Assembly: GCA_000091205.1 (NCBI GenBank)
Contig: AP006499.2
DNA: 64,000 nt
Strand: one strand, 5' to 3'
Source: Cyanidioschyzon merolae
Taxonomy: Eukaryota
Under the pieces are notes generated by a model. That model saw only the letters and a program-made list of their open reading frames with translations. It did no database searches and was not told where the DNA came from. The translations under genes and the position numbers were made by a program. Positions within the stretch are counted from its first letter, which is position 1; every line of letters begins with the position of its first letter. Shown piece by piece: positions 32,514-43,273 of this stretch.

Positions 32514-33239
32514 TCAGACTCGTGCGCGACGACTATAATAGTCCCTCCCTTTGTAGTAATAGGTTGAGTCGTCAACAGGTCCGATGCAGCAGAGGAGGCC
32601 GAGGTCGAACACTGCGAGCACCCCAGCCACGAGACTAATCACCGCGACTGGAATCGCCCACTGGCGGTAATCATTCATGATCGCCCTGTAGCAGCCGAGA
32701 GGGGAATTGTTGTCCGACGAGCAACCGGTCGGGCATTCATCAGGCGTGCTCGAACAATTAGTATTCCTCAAAAATCCCGTACAATTGTACTGAGATTCGA
32801 TACCACAAGCAACTGAGGGCTGGTTGCGAACCGTGCTCAACCACGCGTCATGGAAACCATTGCGTAACCAGCTCGGTCCATTGGGCCCAAGCGCCAGGAG
32901 CACCGCGAAGACGCCAACAAATATCAGCACAGCCCCGAGAATGACCAGCGCAAGCCCGTATATTATCCGGAAGAACATACCCGAGCACTTGCCTGTGCGA
33001 CAGAGCAACATGAACCCGAGCAAGCAGATAAGAAATGTCACGCCGCCCACCACGATCGCCGCAACACCCGTACGCGTCAGCGCATGGTACCAGCCCTGGA
33101 AGTCGAGGTCGAGACCCTTGTGCTTGACCGTCGCCCAGATCCCAAGACCTACCAGCGCCAACCCCAGGCCGCTCAACAGCAGCAAGAAGAAAGCGTGGAA
33201 AACGTTCGCTCCGCGACTGTTAGAACAACCACAAGCCAT
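32514..33239 (-). CDS. Tetraspanin-like four-transmembrane protein
   Basis: There are four hydrophobic helices: 'VFHAFFLLLLSGLGLALVGLGIWA', 'VAAIVVGGVTFLICLLGFMLL', 'IIYGLALVILGAVLIFVGVFAVLLAL' and 'AIPVAVISLVAGVLAVFDLGLLCC'. A Cys-rich large loop lies between TM3 and TM4. There is no strict CCG motif. Confidence 0.45.
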   Translation of the reverse strand: MACGCSNSRGANVFHAFFLLLLSGLGLALVGLGIWATVKHKGLDLDFQGWYHALTRTGVAAIVVGGVTFLICLLGFMLLCRTGKCSGMFFRIIYGLALVILGAVLIFVGVFAVLLALGPNGPSWLRNGFHDAWLSTVRNQPSVACGIESQYNCTGFLRNTNCSSTPDECPTGCSSDNNSPLGCYRAIMNDYRQWAIPVAVISLVAGVLAVFDLGLLCCIGPVDDSTYYYKGRDYYSRRARV

Positions 33240-33649
33240 TTCGTTGATTTAAAAAAACAAGTTCGATGATTCGTGCGAGTAGGTCCCTTACCTTGTTGAA
33301 CGTGAACCCTTCAACCCGTTAGACCGACAAATAACGTCTTGCCTGTGGTGCGCGCCGCGCGATGGACACGAACAACACACAACGCTGAGCAGGCACGCGT
33401 GCGCAGCGACGGTGCTGTCTGCTGTGTGCTTACATGGACACGCGTACCGTTTCTGCGCAGCGCTGATTGACGAACATGCATCCGACGCTGCGCGTCAATC
33501 GAGCGTATCGACTTGAGGGGCGTGTCCGTTTCGGGAGGCGGTGCGCGCATCCAGGCATCGCCTGTCGCGGCAACATGGCGACGCGCGGGTGCCGCCTCTA
33601 CGCCACGTGGCGCAATTCCAGTGCGGTGTCGATGTTTTTACTTGACAGA

Positions 33650-34190
33650 ACTTCTGCACAGGCCAGCGTTCTCCGACTGTGCGCTTCTTACCAGCGCGCG
33701 GTGAAGCATCCATCCATCCCCAACTTTCAAGTTCCATCACCCATACTTGTTGTCAGATATACTGGTCGTTTCATACGCTCGATCGTGTGCCGAGCCTGCC
33801 GAGAGCGTCCGCAACAGCGCTATAGCGCCGGTGCGGATGCATCACGGAGAGAGAACGGCGTTGCCGTACCACAGACGGCGTCGGCTCGAGGCGTGTTTTA
33901 TACGACATGGACTCGGGATTCACCATCATTCTAGGAGCAGGCAAGCTGTGCAGACAGACCTATTGCCTGCGACGGCGCGAAGCGATGTAGTAGGAGTCCA
34001 CCGCGACGCGGGCGACGCCCAGACGCAGCATCCCCGCCCCAAGTCCGAGAATAAACTACGTTGTGGACGAGTTGCTCAGGTCTCTTCGCAGCACTGGGCA
34101 CTGTGAAGAGCGAATAGCTATGGTCTGGTAGCCTCGTCCGGATCTGGGGGCCTTCCGCCTAGAAACTAAACTTTCGACAATTCGGAAACC
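33650..34190 (+). repeat. Dispersed repeat family 'R2', copy B (most complete)
   Basis: It is homologous to 10760-10974 (5' part) and to the reverse complement of 29465-29960 (whole length). It lies upstream of the tetraspanin-like gene. Confidence 0.7.
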
Positions 34191-34525
34191 TTTCCCCCCT
34201 TTTTAACGTTTACCGGAGAGTGGGAACGGAATTGTTATCGAGTTGCTAGTTAGAAGTTCATTTCCGTTCTTTATTCCCATCAGTGCATGACGCCATTCGA
34301 TGCCTTGACGTGCGCTGATGCCATCGCATGCGGCGAACTCTGTGAATAGCGATCATCCTAGACCTCTCGATTTTCTTGAACTCAATACCGGCCAGATGTG
34401 CGGCTGGAAACGAAATTCGATACAAGGGACGTTGCAGATAAACATAGCCCGGGGCGCTCATGCGTCCTTAAACGTATACCATCCTGTTGTTCATCCGGAA
34501 ACTGAATCCTACAGCGATACCCAGT

Positions 34526-35581
34526 TCACGTAGCGGTATTTTCCGCAGCCTTCTGCGCTGTATTGTAAACCTCTGGCCGACGCTGTTTGCGCACAGGGAT
34601 CGCATTTCGTACCTGTTCCAGACGATTCAAGTCGATATCCGCCACAACAAGCGACTCACGCTCATCCGTCCGCGCAATCACTTCACCCCATGGCGAAGCG
34701 ATCATGCTGTGCCCATACGCGGTATACGTCGCACTCAGGTCGCGTGCTGGCGAGCAGGCACCGACGAATACCTGGTTGTCGAGTGCCCTGGCCCGGATCA
34801 AGAGCTCCCAGTGCGCTGGACCCGTTGTCATGTTGAACGCGCCGGGATAGATGAGTAGCTTCGCATTGTGTGGTTCCCGGGCCATCGCGGTGGCCATCTC
34901 GGGGAAGCGGATATCGTAGCAGATGCCGACACCGACCCGCAAGCCAGCGTTGGCATTCGGCTCCGAATCGATACCGTCCCGAAGTGCGAAGCTTGTGAGG
35001 CTATCGCCTGCGCTCAAAACATCGGACTCGCGGAACCGAATGCCACCCGGCACATCCACATCGAACAAGTGTACCTTGCGATGGCGAGCGAGTAGTTCGC
35101 CCCCGGGGCCAAAGGTGAGCGAAGTATTGTAGATGCGCTGGTCATCGGGAGAACGCTCTGGAACGGAGCCTCCCACCAGGTAGATTCCATGAGCACGGGC
35201 AAGCTTCTGGAGCACGCCCGCTGTCTCACTGACACTGGTATCGCATGGTGCCGCAGTTGTTCCTGGACGGGGCAAGGGTTCCGCGTACTTTGGGAAACAA
35301 CTCGTGTCGTAGGGGCAATTGAAGCACTCGGGGAGAACAACCAGCTTGGCACCTTCCTGCACAGCACGTTCGACCCAGTGCTGTGCGTTTGCCAAGGCAA
35401 CACGCTTGTCGGGGTCGACTCGGACCTGGCAAAGCGCAATTCGCAAACTATTCCCTGCAGAAGTGGACATCCACACTAGGACCTGCGGCCTTTTCCGAGT
35501 CTTCCGTTGCCTGATGCCTGTCCGGGGGTGCGAGCCTGCCGCCAAGCGGGCCCGCAGCGTCGCTAACGTTTGCCACGCCAA
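34526..35581 (-). CDS. NIT2: Omega-amidase NIT2 (carbon-nitrogen hydrolase, nitrilase superfamily)
   Basis: It is colinear with human NIT2: 'LRIALCQV', 'LVVLPECFNCPYDTSCFPKYAEP' (catalytic E), 'HRKVHLFDVDVPGGIRFRES', 'VGVGICYDIRFPE' (catalytic C) and 'YPGAFNMTTGPAHWELLIRARALDNQVFV'. There is an N-terminal extension of ~45 aa. Confidence 0.9.
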   Translation of the reverse strand: MAWQTLATLRARLAAGSHPRTGIRQRKTRKRPQVLVWMSTSAGNSLRIALCQVRVDPDKRVALANAQHWVERAVQEGAKLVVLPECFNCPYDTSCFPKYAEPLPRPGTTAAPCDTSVSETAGVLQKLARAHGIYLVGGSVPERSPDDQRIYNTSLTFGPGGELLARHRKVHLFDVDVPGGIRFRESDVLSAGDSLTSFALRDGIDSEPNANAGLRVGVGICYDIRFPEMATAMAREPHNAKLLIYPGAFNMTTGPAHWELLIRARALDNQVFVGACSPARDLSATYTAYGHSMIASPWGEVIARTDERESLVVADIDLNRLEQVRNAIPVRKQRRPEVYNTAQKAAENTAT

Positions 35582-36512
35582 CTTTGACGCAACCGCTCTA
35601 AATAGAGCTCGAACGCGTCGCAGTGCGCCTTCTCGCGTCCAGCCACGGTAGACGCCAGCACTAGCGTCGTTGTTATCAGTAGCGAACTAGGGCACACTTG
35701 CAGCAAACAGGCAGAAAAGCCAGCCGCCAGAGAGCCTCGTTTTCCTTGCGAATACGGAAAAGCCTCTATTGCTGATTCTGGGATCGGGCGCCACGAACGC
35801 CCTGCCATACCGTACGCACGGACGGAAAACGCCTTCATCAGATAGGGCATGGTTGCATTCGCAAGGCTTCTCTCATGAACCATTTTCTGGTGGTGCGCGG
35901 TCCGTGATTCAGCCTGGACTGTGGTGTGCTCGACAACGGATGGGTCTTCTGAATGAACCAATAAACCAAGAGGAACATCTGGTTTGTAGCTCGTGGAACT
36001 TGCGGCTCTCCAACAGAATGGAGGTTGTTTCCTTGGCTGCCGATCTCTATCGCGCATCCGTGAGTATCCCTGGGAAAAAGCATCGATGCAATGCCATCGA
36101 GTAGTTCGGGGGACGCTGATCGAGCTCCTCGATCCTGTACGGTATAGAAATGTTTTCAGCGCCAATGGAACGCTCGAATGCTTCCGGTAGAGAGAAAAGG
36201 ATGCATCCCGTATCTCCATCAAATGAAGCTGTATTTTGTCGCACAGATGGCTTCAGAAATTGCGTCTTCTCGTTTACAGGTGAGGAAAGTGGTATGTGAC
36301 GGTACCCAGAAGACAAGTCTCTACTGCGTTCATGGGTACGAGCGTATGTGCATATCCGAACGGGACCGTCGCGAGCATCGCTTCGACACCAGGCGATAAC
36401 GAACGCTGCGACGCTTTCGCGTGAAACTTGCGCTCCAAACGTTTGCCGCTGAACCCCTTAACTGTCACTAGAACGTTCCTGATCAAGGCTTCGGGACGTG
36501 TAACGGTGGCTG

Positions 36513-37214
36513 ATGGAGAGCGAAAGGAACACGCACGACCTTGCCGAGAAAAAGCACGTAGCACTTTCGGGGTACGCGGCTCGCTCCCGAACGACCTGGT
36601 TCACGGAGGCAGTGGCTGTTGTCACTGCTGCCGCCACGTACGTTGCCGTGGCGTTCGCCTCTTGGGAGTGCACAAGTCCGTGGCTTTCGCGGTGGTTAGC
36701 TTCCGTGAAACCTCGTTTGGGAACGGAACAGGGGCGTCGTTTGGTTTCCCACGCAGCGTTTCGTCTTGCAGTCCTGGCGCCGCTCGTATCCATCACGTCC
36801 AGTGCAGTTGCCGGTGCGACGTATGGCCTCGTGCTAGGTTCACGAACAACACCGGAAACCGAACGAAGAACACCGAGAGCATTCGCTCGTCGCAGCATAG
36901 CGGTTTCCTCTGGCGCCCTCATTGCGCTAGCGACCATAGACCCGTGGCGGAAAGCGCTCTCCGAACACGCGCACTGTCTTCCTCGTATCCTGGCTGACAT
37001 CCGTCGACCAGTTGCAGTGGCTGCTGCAACCTCGTCTGGCATGCTTGGCGGCATCGGTGTTTCCCTGGTGTTCACGGCGAATGTGCTGCTCTTTCATCAG
37101 ACGTCGACGAAATGTGCTGGAGTACGAGCCGCATTGAGCATGCCGAGCCGCGAGCCATCACCGCCCAGCGCTGTCGCAAGTGCTGCCTTTCCTCCAGAAA
37201 GTTCAGTAGCCTGA
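36513..37214 (+). CDS. Hypothetical small membrane protein (4 predicted TM helices)
   Basis: Hydrophobic stretches are 'AVAVVTAAATYVAVAFASW', 'LAVLAPLVSITSSAVAGATYGLVLG', 'IAVSSGALIALATI' and 'VAVAAATSSGMLGGIGVSLVFTANVLLF'. No recognisable family was found. Overlapping antisense ORFs look like junk. Confidence 0.25.
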   Translation: MESERNTHDLAEKKHVALSGYAARSRTTWFTEAVAVVTAAATYVAVAFASWECTSPWLSRWLASVKPRLGTEQGRRLVSHAAFRLAVLAPLVSITSSAVAGATYGLVLGSRTTPETERRTPRAFARRSIAVSSGALIALATIDPWRKALSEHAHCLPRILADIRRPVAVAAATSSGMLGGIGVSLVFTANVLLFHQTSTKCAGVRAALSMPSREPSPPSAVASAAFPPESSVA

Positions 37215-37837
37215 ACTCGACTGGAGTGTACGACAATATGCCTTGATAGGCACGCGACGCCGTCGAGCCAGTCATCCGTGGAAGCGTGCAGTCATGAGCG
37301 CTCGGTTGGTCAAGGAATCCTGCGATACGGCACAGATGCGAAATCCATGGATGCATTGGCTGTGACGAGCATTCAAAGCTCATCGACTGGGTTCCTGGTG
37401 CGCGCACCCCAGCAAACATTCCATCTTATCACCGACTGAGAGAGACCGTGACGGAGCGTGCAGGCACCGGCGGTTGTAAAAGTGAAGGTGTTCGCTGTGA
37501 GCATCCGATGAGAACCTGGCCTTGCGAACCGCTACCGGAAGACGGGACAGCGCTGCCTCCTCCGAGGTGCTTCTAGAATCGCTTCCTCTGCAGTGGCTCT
37601 GGAAAGTGCACTTGTTCTGCGAGGACTGCAGTACGGACTTGATTTGTGGTCGAGCGGAATGCACGGTCGTATTTTTGGATGGAACGGGCGCTGCTGCAGC
37701 GCTTTGCCCTACGAAGCAAGCTCCACTGCTGATGGCATCAGCAGGAGGAGCTACTGTCGCGACGGACGCTCTGGGAATCAACGTGTTTCTCCGGGAAATC
37801 CGCTGCTTATGCGCCGCTTACCAGAATATGCTTTAAT

Positions 37838-39430
37838 TTATGCAGGTGAAATAGGACCCGTGCCGATGGAGTCAGGTGCCTTCGATTCTTGGGAAGCCGT
37901 CGTTCCGCTCGCGTCAAGCGATGCATCCACGGCCTCCAGCTCGGCTTCTGCGGCTGCTGCTGCGGAGGCGACCTGCTCCAGGCGCGACGTCGAGTTGCCA
38001 CCTTGGTTGCGGTGCAATCGCTTGGCCGCCTGGTTACGCTCCGCTTGCGCTCGGCGAATGAAGGAGTTAAAGCGATTCTTCACCGCATTGTCGGTACGTC
38101 CCTGCAGCATCCGTGCTATCTCACTCCAGCGATTTCCTAGACGAGCATGGGCTGAGATAATAATCCTATCTTCCTCGGGGGTCCAAGGACGCTTGCAAAT
38201 CTGTGGCGAGAGCTGGTTCAACCAGCGTTCTCGCGCTTGCTTGCCGGTTCGGCCTGGGATGTGCTCAGCGATGAGCGACCATCTTCGAGGCCCCATCTTT
38301 TCGACCAGAGACCGCAGCAGTTCATCTTCTTCGGGACGCCACGGCCCTTTGACCTCTTTTCGCTCACTGACCCGGCGTGCTGACGGAGTGCTCTGCACCT
38401 GGGCGCGATTCGACGGTGTCGAGCTGACATCAGGGCTCGAACGCTTGCTCTCGGATGACACCCGCGACAAGGTGTCGGGCCAGACGCGCGGCTCCTCGCC
38501 TGGTGACCAGCACCGCCACATCGCCACCGGCTCAGGTTGTATAAGGGAACCCTGCGCCAAGTGTGCATTGGTTGTCGTGAAACTGTCCACTGGCGTGCCC
38601 GATGGAGCACTCTTCATCGCGCCCATCTTGGGGGTGTCCGTGTCCGAAACCGGCGAATGCCTTATCGGCATGCTAGCGCATCTGGCGAGCTGAGCGCCAG
38701 CAACGCGTTCATTTTCCAAACCAATGCAAAAGAGAGGCGCTTGTTTCTCAGAAATGGCGGCAAAGGTCCCATCTGACCCAGGGTTTCCCCAGACAAGGTC
38801 GCTCCCGGTAGTATTCGTGGGTATCGCTCGCCGGCCCGCTGCTGCGCCAGAGCCAGGGCGGGAAACCGCACCCGCATCCTCGAGCTTCGTCACGACTCCC
38901 TCCAAACGCCGCAAGCATACGCTGTTCTCTGGAGTTGCACTCGCGTTTACATAGTTCAAGTTCGGCGACGAACTCCGAGACTCTGACAGAGCCGCAGCCC
39001 AGAACAGAAGCTCCAACCCCGAAAACCGCGAGTTGGAACGCTCATTCCCAGCTACCGCCTCCGCGCGTTGCTCGTGCTCCTCTCCCAACGCCACGCTCTG
39101 CTCACACGAAACGTTCCACTCGTTCATAGCCTCAAGCATCAGAACACGTTCAAGCGTTACGAACAAGTGGCTGCGCTCGAGGTGCACGCGTCGTTCAGCG
39201 TCAGCTCGTGGAGCGCGAACGGCATCTACCGTTGCGCGGCCGCGGCCGCCGGCCGGCGGCCGGCGATGCGCGCACGTAGACGCTGTTGCGTTTGTGCGTG
39301 CGCGTTTGTGCGTGCGCGTTTGTGCGTGCGCGTTTGTGCGTGCGCGTTTGTGCGTGCATGACGTGCAATGCGGGAGAGCGTGCGTGCGTGCGCGCGCGCG
39401 CCTTTCAAGACCGGCCCATGCGGATCGCAT
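37838..39430 (-). CDS. R2R3-MYB DNA-binding transcription factor
   Basis: The C-terminal '[101 protein letters not shown]' forms two SANT/Myb repeats. The ORF's first ~100 codons run through a 16-bp microsatellite, so the true start is probably the internal Met near 39139. Confidence 0.8.
   Translation of the reverse strand: MRSAWAGLERRARARTHALPHCTSCTHKRARTNAHAQTRTHKRARTNATASTCAHRRPPAGGRGRATVDAVRAPRADAERRVHLERSHLFVTLERVLMLEAMNEWNVSCEQSVALGEEHEQRAEAVAGNERSNSRFSGLELLFWAAALSESRSSSPNLNYVNASATPENSVCLRRLEGVVTKLEDAGAVSRPGSGAAAGRRAIPTNTTGSDLVWGNPGSDGTFAAISEKQAPLFCIGLENERVAGAQLARCASMPIRHSPVSDTDTPKMGAMKSAPSGTPVDSFTTTNAHLAQGSLIQPEPVAMWRCWSPGEEPRVWPDTLSRVSSESKRSSPDVSSTPSNRAQVQSTPSARRVSERKEVKGPWRPEEDELLRSLVEKMGPRRWSLIAEHIPGRTGKQARERWLNQLSPQICKRPWTPEEDRIIISAHARLGNRWSEIARMLQGRTDNAVKNRFNSFIRRAQAERNQAAKRLHRNQGGNSTSRLEQVASAAAAAEAELEAVDASLDASGTTASQESKAPDSIGTGPISPA
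39288..39362. repeat. 16-bp tandem repeat (gcgtttgtgcgtgcgc) x about 4.5
   Basis: 'gcgtttgtgcgtgcgcgtttgtgcgtgcgcgtttgtgcgtgcgcgtttgtgcgtgcgcgtttgtgcgtgcatg'. It generates the periodic '[14 protein letters not shown]' peptides seen in several ORFs. Confidence 0.9.
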
Positions 39431-40637
39431 CGCCGTTCATCGACGCGCGCTCTGATCGATTGCCGCGCGGCATGGGCGCTGCTGGCGGTGCGTGACAAGG
39501 ACGTGCGATTGTCCAGGATTGACTCATTCGCTGGATCCGTGGTGATGGCGGCGCGCGGGTGATCCCCCAGGGCAAGCGTGCCGAGCCGGAACGGTTGTCG
39601 GCAGTGGTTGAAAGCGCTCGTTCAGGGGCACTGGGCGTCGTGCTGCTGCCTGGACGATGTTCGGGTGCGGTGCGGCTCGTTTGCGCAGGATCGTGCGAAT
39701 CGATTCATTTGATACAAATGGGTCAGTGCGGTATTCGATATCGCGGGAACGCTCGAAACAGCCGCTTCTGAATGAGGGTTTCTGCGTCTTGAGCGCCGGT
39801 GCTGTGCTGCAAATCGGCACATGACGGGATCTAGAATCGAATGTGTCTCCGTGTGTTGTGCAGGAGACTGGAGGGATTCGCAGGTAGTGTCCGCTGAGCT
39901 GTCGACACAGCGTAAGCTTCGGAGTGCCCTGGTCAATGCAATGCAAGAAACCAGAAGATTCTGGATGCTTCACATAAGGCCCACACCGGCGAAAGGCCGT
40001 GTCGACGATGTGCGATTAGCGCCAGCGACGACGCCGGATCGGACTCGCACGTCAGAGGCGCTGCCGCTTGCGATACCACAGGTCCGAAAGAGGTCTGCGT
40101 GTCGGGGTGTTACGCAGATTCTGGAGCATCTGGCTCGAGACTATTGTCAGAACGGTTTACGCTGCTTATGCTCTATGGGTAGGACGCGTTCATTCCACAT
40201 CCTGCTGTGTATCGCTCCTGAACGCGTGAACAGCAGACAAAATGCTGGCGGCTCTGCGCTGAACCCGCAACCAGTGCGCCAATGGATCGCCGCCCACGAA
40301 CGGCATTCTTTCGCGCGCTGGTCAACGCTGTACCGCCAATGACGTACCAAAGCGTCAAGTTACGGTGAGCTGTATTGCCTTCCAGGCACCATTGCTAATT
40401 AACTTGAACGTAAAACTGTCAACGTTGGTGTATGTGCTGAAACTAGTCCGTTCGGGTTTGGCACCGGTCTGTTTTCTTCATTGACGTTGAAAACGGACCG
40501 CTGCCCGGTGCCGCGCAGCTGCTGCACTGGTGCAGGTTCACCCAAGTCGCGCTTTTTCGACGCTCACCAGAACGAAAACCGTTCTGCGTTTCCCAAGGCA
40601 CCAGGCAGCGGACTGTGTTCACCAAAGGTGTAACTAG

Positions 40638-42869
40638 ATGCGCAGGCATGGCTCACCGACTCGGGCGAGCACACACCAGTCGAGCAGCGGCCTCGAAGCG
40701 CACGCGGAGCCGCTGCGATCAGCGTGGACCACCGACCCGGAGGAGCAGAACGATGCGACCTGCACCGCTGATACCAGCTCGATAAACTGGGCAGCGCTAC
40801 TATTCGGTTCAGAGGACTTGGCGCAGGTGCCAGCGATCACTGCACTTGACTGGCTCGACACGCTGCACGGCTCGGTGCCGCTGGGACGTTTACGACGCGC
40901 CTGCCTTCACCACGTCATTCCGAGTGCATTTCGGCCATGGGCGTGGCTTCTATTGCTGGGTGCCCTGCCACCCATGCGAGCGACGTGGCGCATTGGACTC
41001 GTGGTTCGTCGAGACATGTACAACGAGTGCGTGCGCTTCGCCACGCTCACTGGTCTACGGAAGCTTGCCCTGACGCACGGTGCCAAAGCGGACTCTGCAA
41101 TCGAAATTATCTTTTGGGCATATGTTGGATATCTTGCGGCAGCGCTCGAGACGCGTCATCTCACCCGGATGGACGAAGCGGCGGGCGCTGGTCTCGCTGC
41201 CGTGCGAACCCCGCACCTGCGGCCCTATCGCACCGACTGGGTGTCTCGCCTTGAGCGTACGCGGCATTGGATCCAAAACCCAGAGCAACGCAGTGAGCGA
41301 AGCGCGATTCTTGCTCAAATCCATGTTTTCGATGCTGTTTTTCGCGGAAAGCCGGAGCTCGCCTGGTGGTGCCTGGTACGCTTTCGGGAACAAGAGCGAC
41401 GTTTGGCCACGAATCGCCTGGGGCAAACGGTGGAGTCGTTCGATTCCGCGTATCGTGTGCGACTGGTGCTCCATCTGGTCGATGTCGCCGATCAGGAAGC
41501 TGCCCAGAGTCCGCCGGGCACGCCGCCTCAAACCGATGACTCGGAAGGCAGCACAATTCGACTACCGAAGCAGGCCAAACGGCTGGGCGGCTTCTCCGCA
41601 CTGGTAATGGCTATGCTGAAGCTCGCGAAACCCGGAGCTCCGCAGCATCAGGTGCTGCCCAGGGCCGAGGATGCGAAAGGTGCATCGGGGCGGCGCGATT
41701 CACCGAGATTCGCTCGGTCATCTGAAGAGACGTCGCTCACGGAGCACAGCGGTGCCCCAGCGACGGTGACGGTGCGCGCACTTTTCGAGCGGGCAGCAGC
41801 GGCTGGTAGCAGCGCGGGACAAGGCCGCAGCCAAAGCACCCAGGAGCTCGAGATGTACGCGCGGCATCTCTTGCAGTCAGCATTCGCTGAACGTTTATCG
41901 CTCGAATACTGCGTCTTGATGTGGGACCGCGTCTTCGCAGCGGGGCCGGATCTCATGGCCCATCTGGCGTTTCAGCTGCTGGTGCAGCTCGCTTTCCGAC
42001 ACCACGAGCACGGCGCACCGCCCGAGCGTGCCACACTGGATAAGGGATCACCGCACAGCGGGAAGCTTCAGGCTTTGCTCCAGCGTCCCAGCGCGTTCCT
42101 GTGTGCAGCGGACATCGAGGCAATCTGTGACCGGGCGAGCAACGCTGCCGACTACCTGCTGGGATACGATGGCGAACTCCTGGATGATTGGGATCCAATT
42201 TACGCGTTCGATGTCCAGTGGCCGGTGCTTGAGCGCGGTGATCAAGGCGCTCTCGTACGCATTCTTCAGCACCTTTTGCGCGCACGCGGCTACGGCAACT
42301 GGTTCACGATTGATGGGGTCTACGGCATACGCACTTGTACAGCTGTTGCACGCTTCCAACAGGACCTCGCAAAGCAATTTCGCCCTGATCGAGAGCTGCC
42401 GGCCCAGCGAGCCGTTCATGCGCTGGCAACGTCGCGCTTGGACACCGGCCGACCGCTTACGGTACGCCTCGAACGGTTATCGAGTGGCACTGCGGTGCAA
42501 GCAGCAGCACCAGCAGCAGCACATCGACCCCAAATGATGGGTGCGCTCACAGGGCGCCGTCCGCTCGGATCGCCCGAGTCAGCGACCGCCTCCAGGGAAT
42601 ACGAACGCTACCGAGGTGACCAGGTCAACGACCAGCTTTGGCCAGAGCTGGTTGTTCCGGTTTCAGCTGGCGATCGGGGTGATGCGGTCATGGCGCTTCA
42701 GGTAGCGTTGCGAGACCTGCACGGCTACGACGCAGTACGCATCGACGGATTCTTTGGTCGTCGCACTGAGGCGGCGGTGCGCGACTTTCAGCGCCGCGGT
42801 GCAGCGCGACTCATGCCCATTGACGGCCTCGTGGGCCCTGTCACTTGGCTGCACCTGCTCGGTAGCTAA
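40638..42869 (+). CDS. Uncharacterised 743-aa protein with two C-terminal peptidoglycan-binding-like (PG_binding_1-type) repeats
   Basis: 'GDQGALVRILQHLLRARGYGNWFTIDGVYGIRTCTAVARFQQ' and 'GDRGDAVMALQVALRDLHGYDAVRIDGFFGRRTEAAVRDFQRRGAARLMPIDGLVGPVTWLHL' both fit the G..G..V..LQ..L...GY....DG.FG..T..AV..FQ pattern. The N-terminal 550 aa are unrecognised. Confidence 0.6.
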   Translation: MRRHGSPTRASTHQSSSGLEAHAEPLRSAWTTDPEEQNDATCTADTSSINWAALLFGSEDLAQVPAITALDWLDTLHGSVPLGRLRRACLHHVIPSAFRPWAWLLLLGALPPMRATWRIGLVVRRDMYNECVRFATLTGLRKLALTHGAKADSAIEIIFWAYVGYLAAALETRHLTRMDEAAGAGLAAVRTPHLRPYRTDWVSRLERTRHWIQNPEQRSERSAILAQIHVFDAVFRGKPELAWWCLVRFREQERRLATNRLGQTVESFDSAYRVRLVLHLVDVADQEAAQSPPGTPPQTDDSEGSTIRLPKQAKRLGGFSALVMAMLKLAKPGAPQHQVLPRAEDAKGASGRRDSPRFARSSEETSLTEHSGAPATVTVRALFERAAAAGSSAGQGRSQSTQELEMYARHLLQSAFAERLSLEYCVLMWDRVFAAGPDLMAHLAFQLLVQLAFRHHEHGAPPERATLDKGSPHSGKLQALLQRPSAFLCAADIEAICDRASNAADYLLGYDGELLDDWDPIYAFDVQWPVLERGDQGALVRILQHLLRARGYGNWFTIDGVYGIRTCTAVARFQQDLAKQFRPDRELPAQRAVHALATSRLDTGRPLTVRLERLSSGTAVQAAAPAAAHRPQMMGALTGRRPLGSPESATASREYERYRGDQVNDQLWPELVVPVSAGDRGDAVMALQVALRDLHGYDAVRIDGFFGRRTEAAVRDFQRRGAARLMPIDGLVGPVTWLHLLGS

Positions 42870-43119
42870 ATTGCCGTTGCTGTTTCTCGGTGATGCGGAT
42901 TCGATCCATTGAATCTAGACAGCGCAACATGACGAGCGCGCACAACCAAGACGCATGATAAAGCAGCCGTGGCAACGACGGTCTTGTCATAGAGCACGAT
43001 CCCCGTACCAATCGGATGATGCAGCCTAGCATCCTGCGAAATTCGTTGCCCTAGAGCATCAAGGCTCAGTCGATGTTCCAGGGGAAACGCATTCGTTCAC
43101 GGTGGATATCGGATGTTTA

Positions 43120-43225
43120 TGGTGCACGCACGCACGCACGCACGCATGCATCTCTAGACAGCACCGCGTGGCGATGCGTGCGTGTCCAGACACGCATACA
43201 GCGATGCGTGCGTGCGTGCGTGTAC
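43120..43225. repeat. (CACG)n / (GCGTGCGT)n microsatellites in a convergent 3' intergenic region
   Basis: 'cacgcacgcacgcacgcacgcatgcat' and 'gatgcgtgcgtgcgtgcgtgtacaatgg'. Confidence 0.8.
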
Positions 43226-43273
43226 AATGGACACGCACGGCACGTATCGCACTTTTTTTTCAACCATTTGCGT

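Noticed and set aside
35563-36222. 219-aa minus-strand ORF immediately upstream of, and overlapping, the NIT2 start
   Set aside because: It has no domain or motif, it overlaps the NIT2 ATG, and it probably corresponds to the promoter/5' UTR. Left unannotated.
37593-38693. 366-aa plus-strand ORF antisense to the MYB gene
   Set aside because: It has no recognisable domain and is Ala/Arg/Ser-rich. The minus strand carries canonical R2R3 Myb repeats.
39033-39498. Several ORFs on both strands with '[14 protein letters not shown]' or '[14 protein letters not shown]' periodic peptides
   Set aside because: They are translation artefacts of the 16-bp GC-rich microsatellite.
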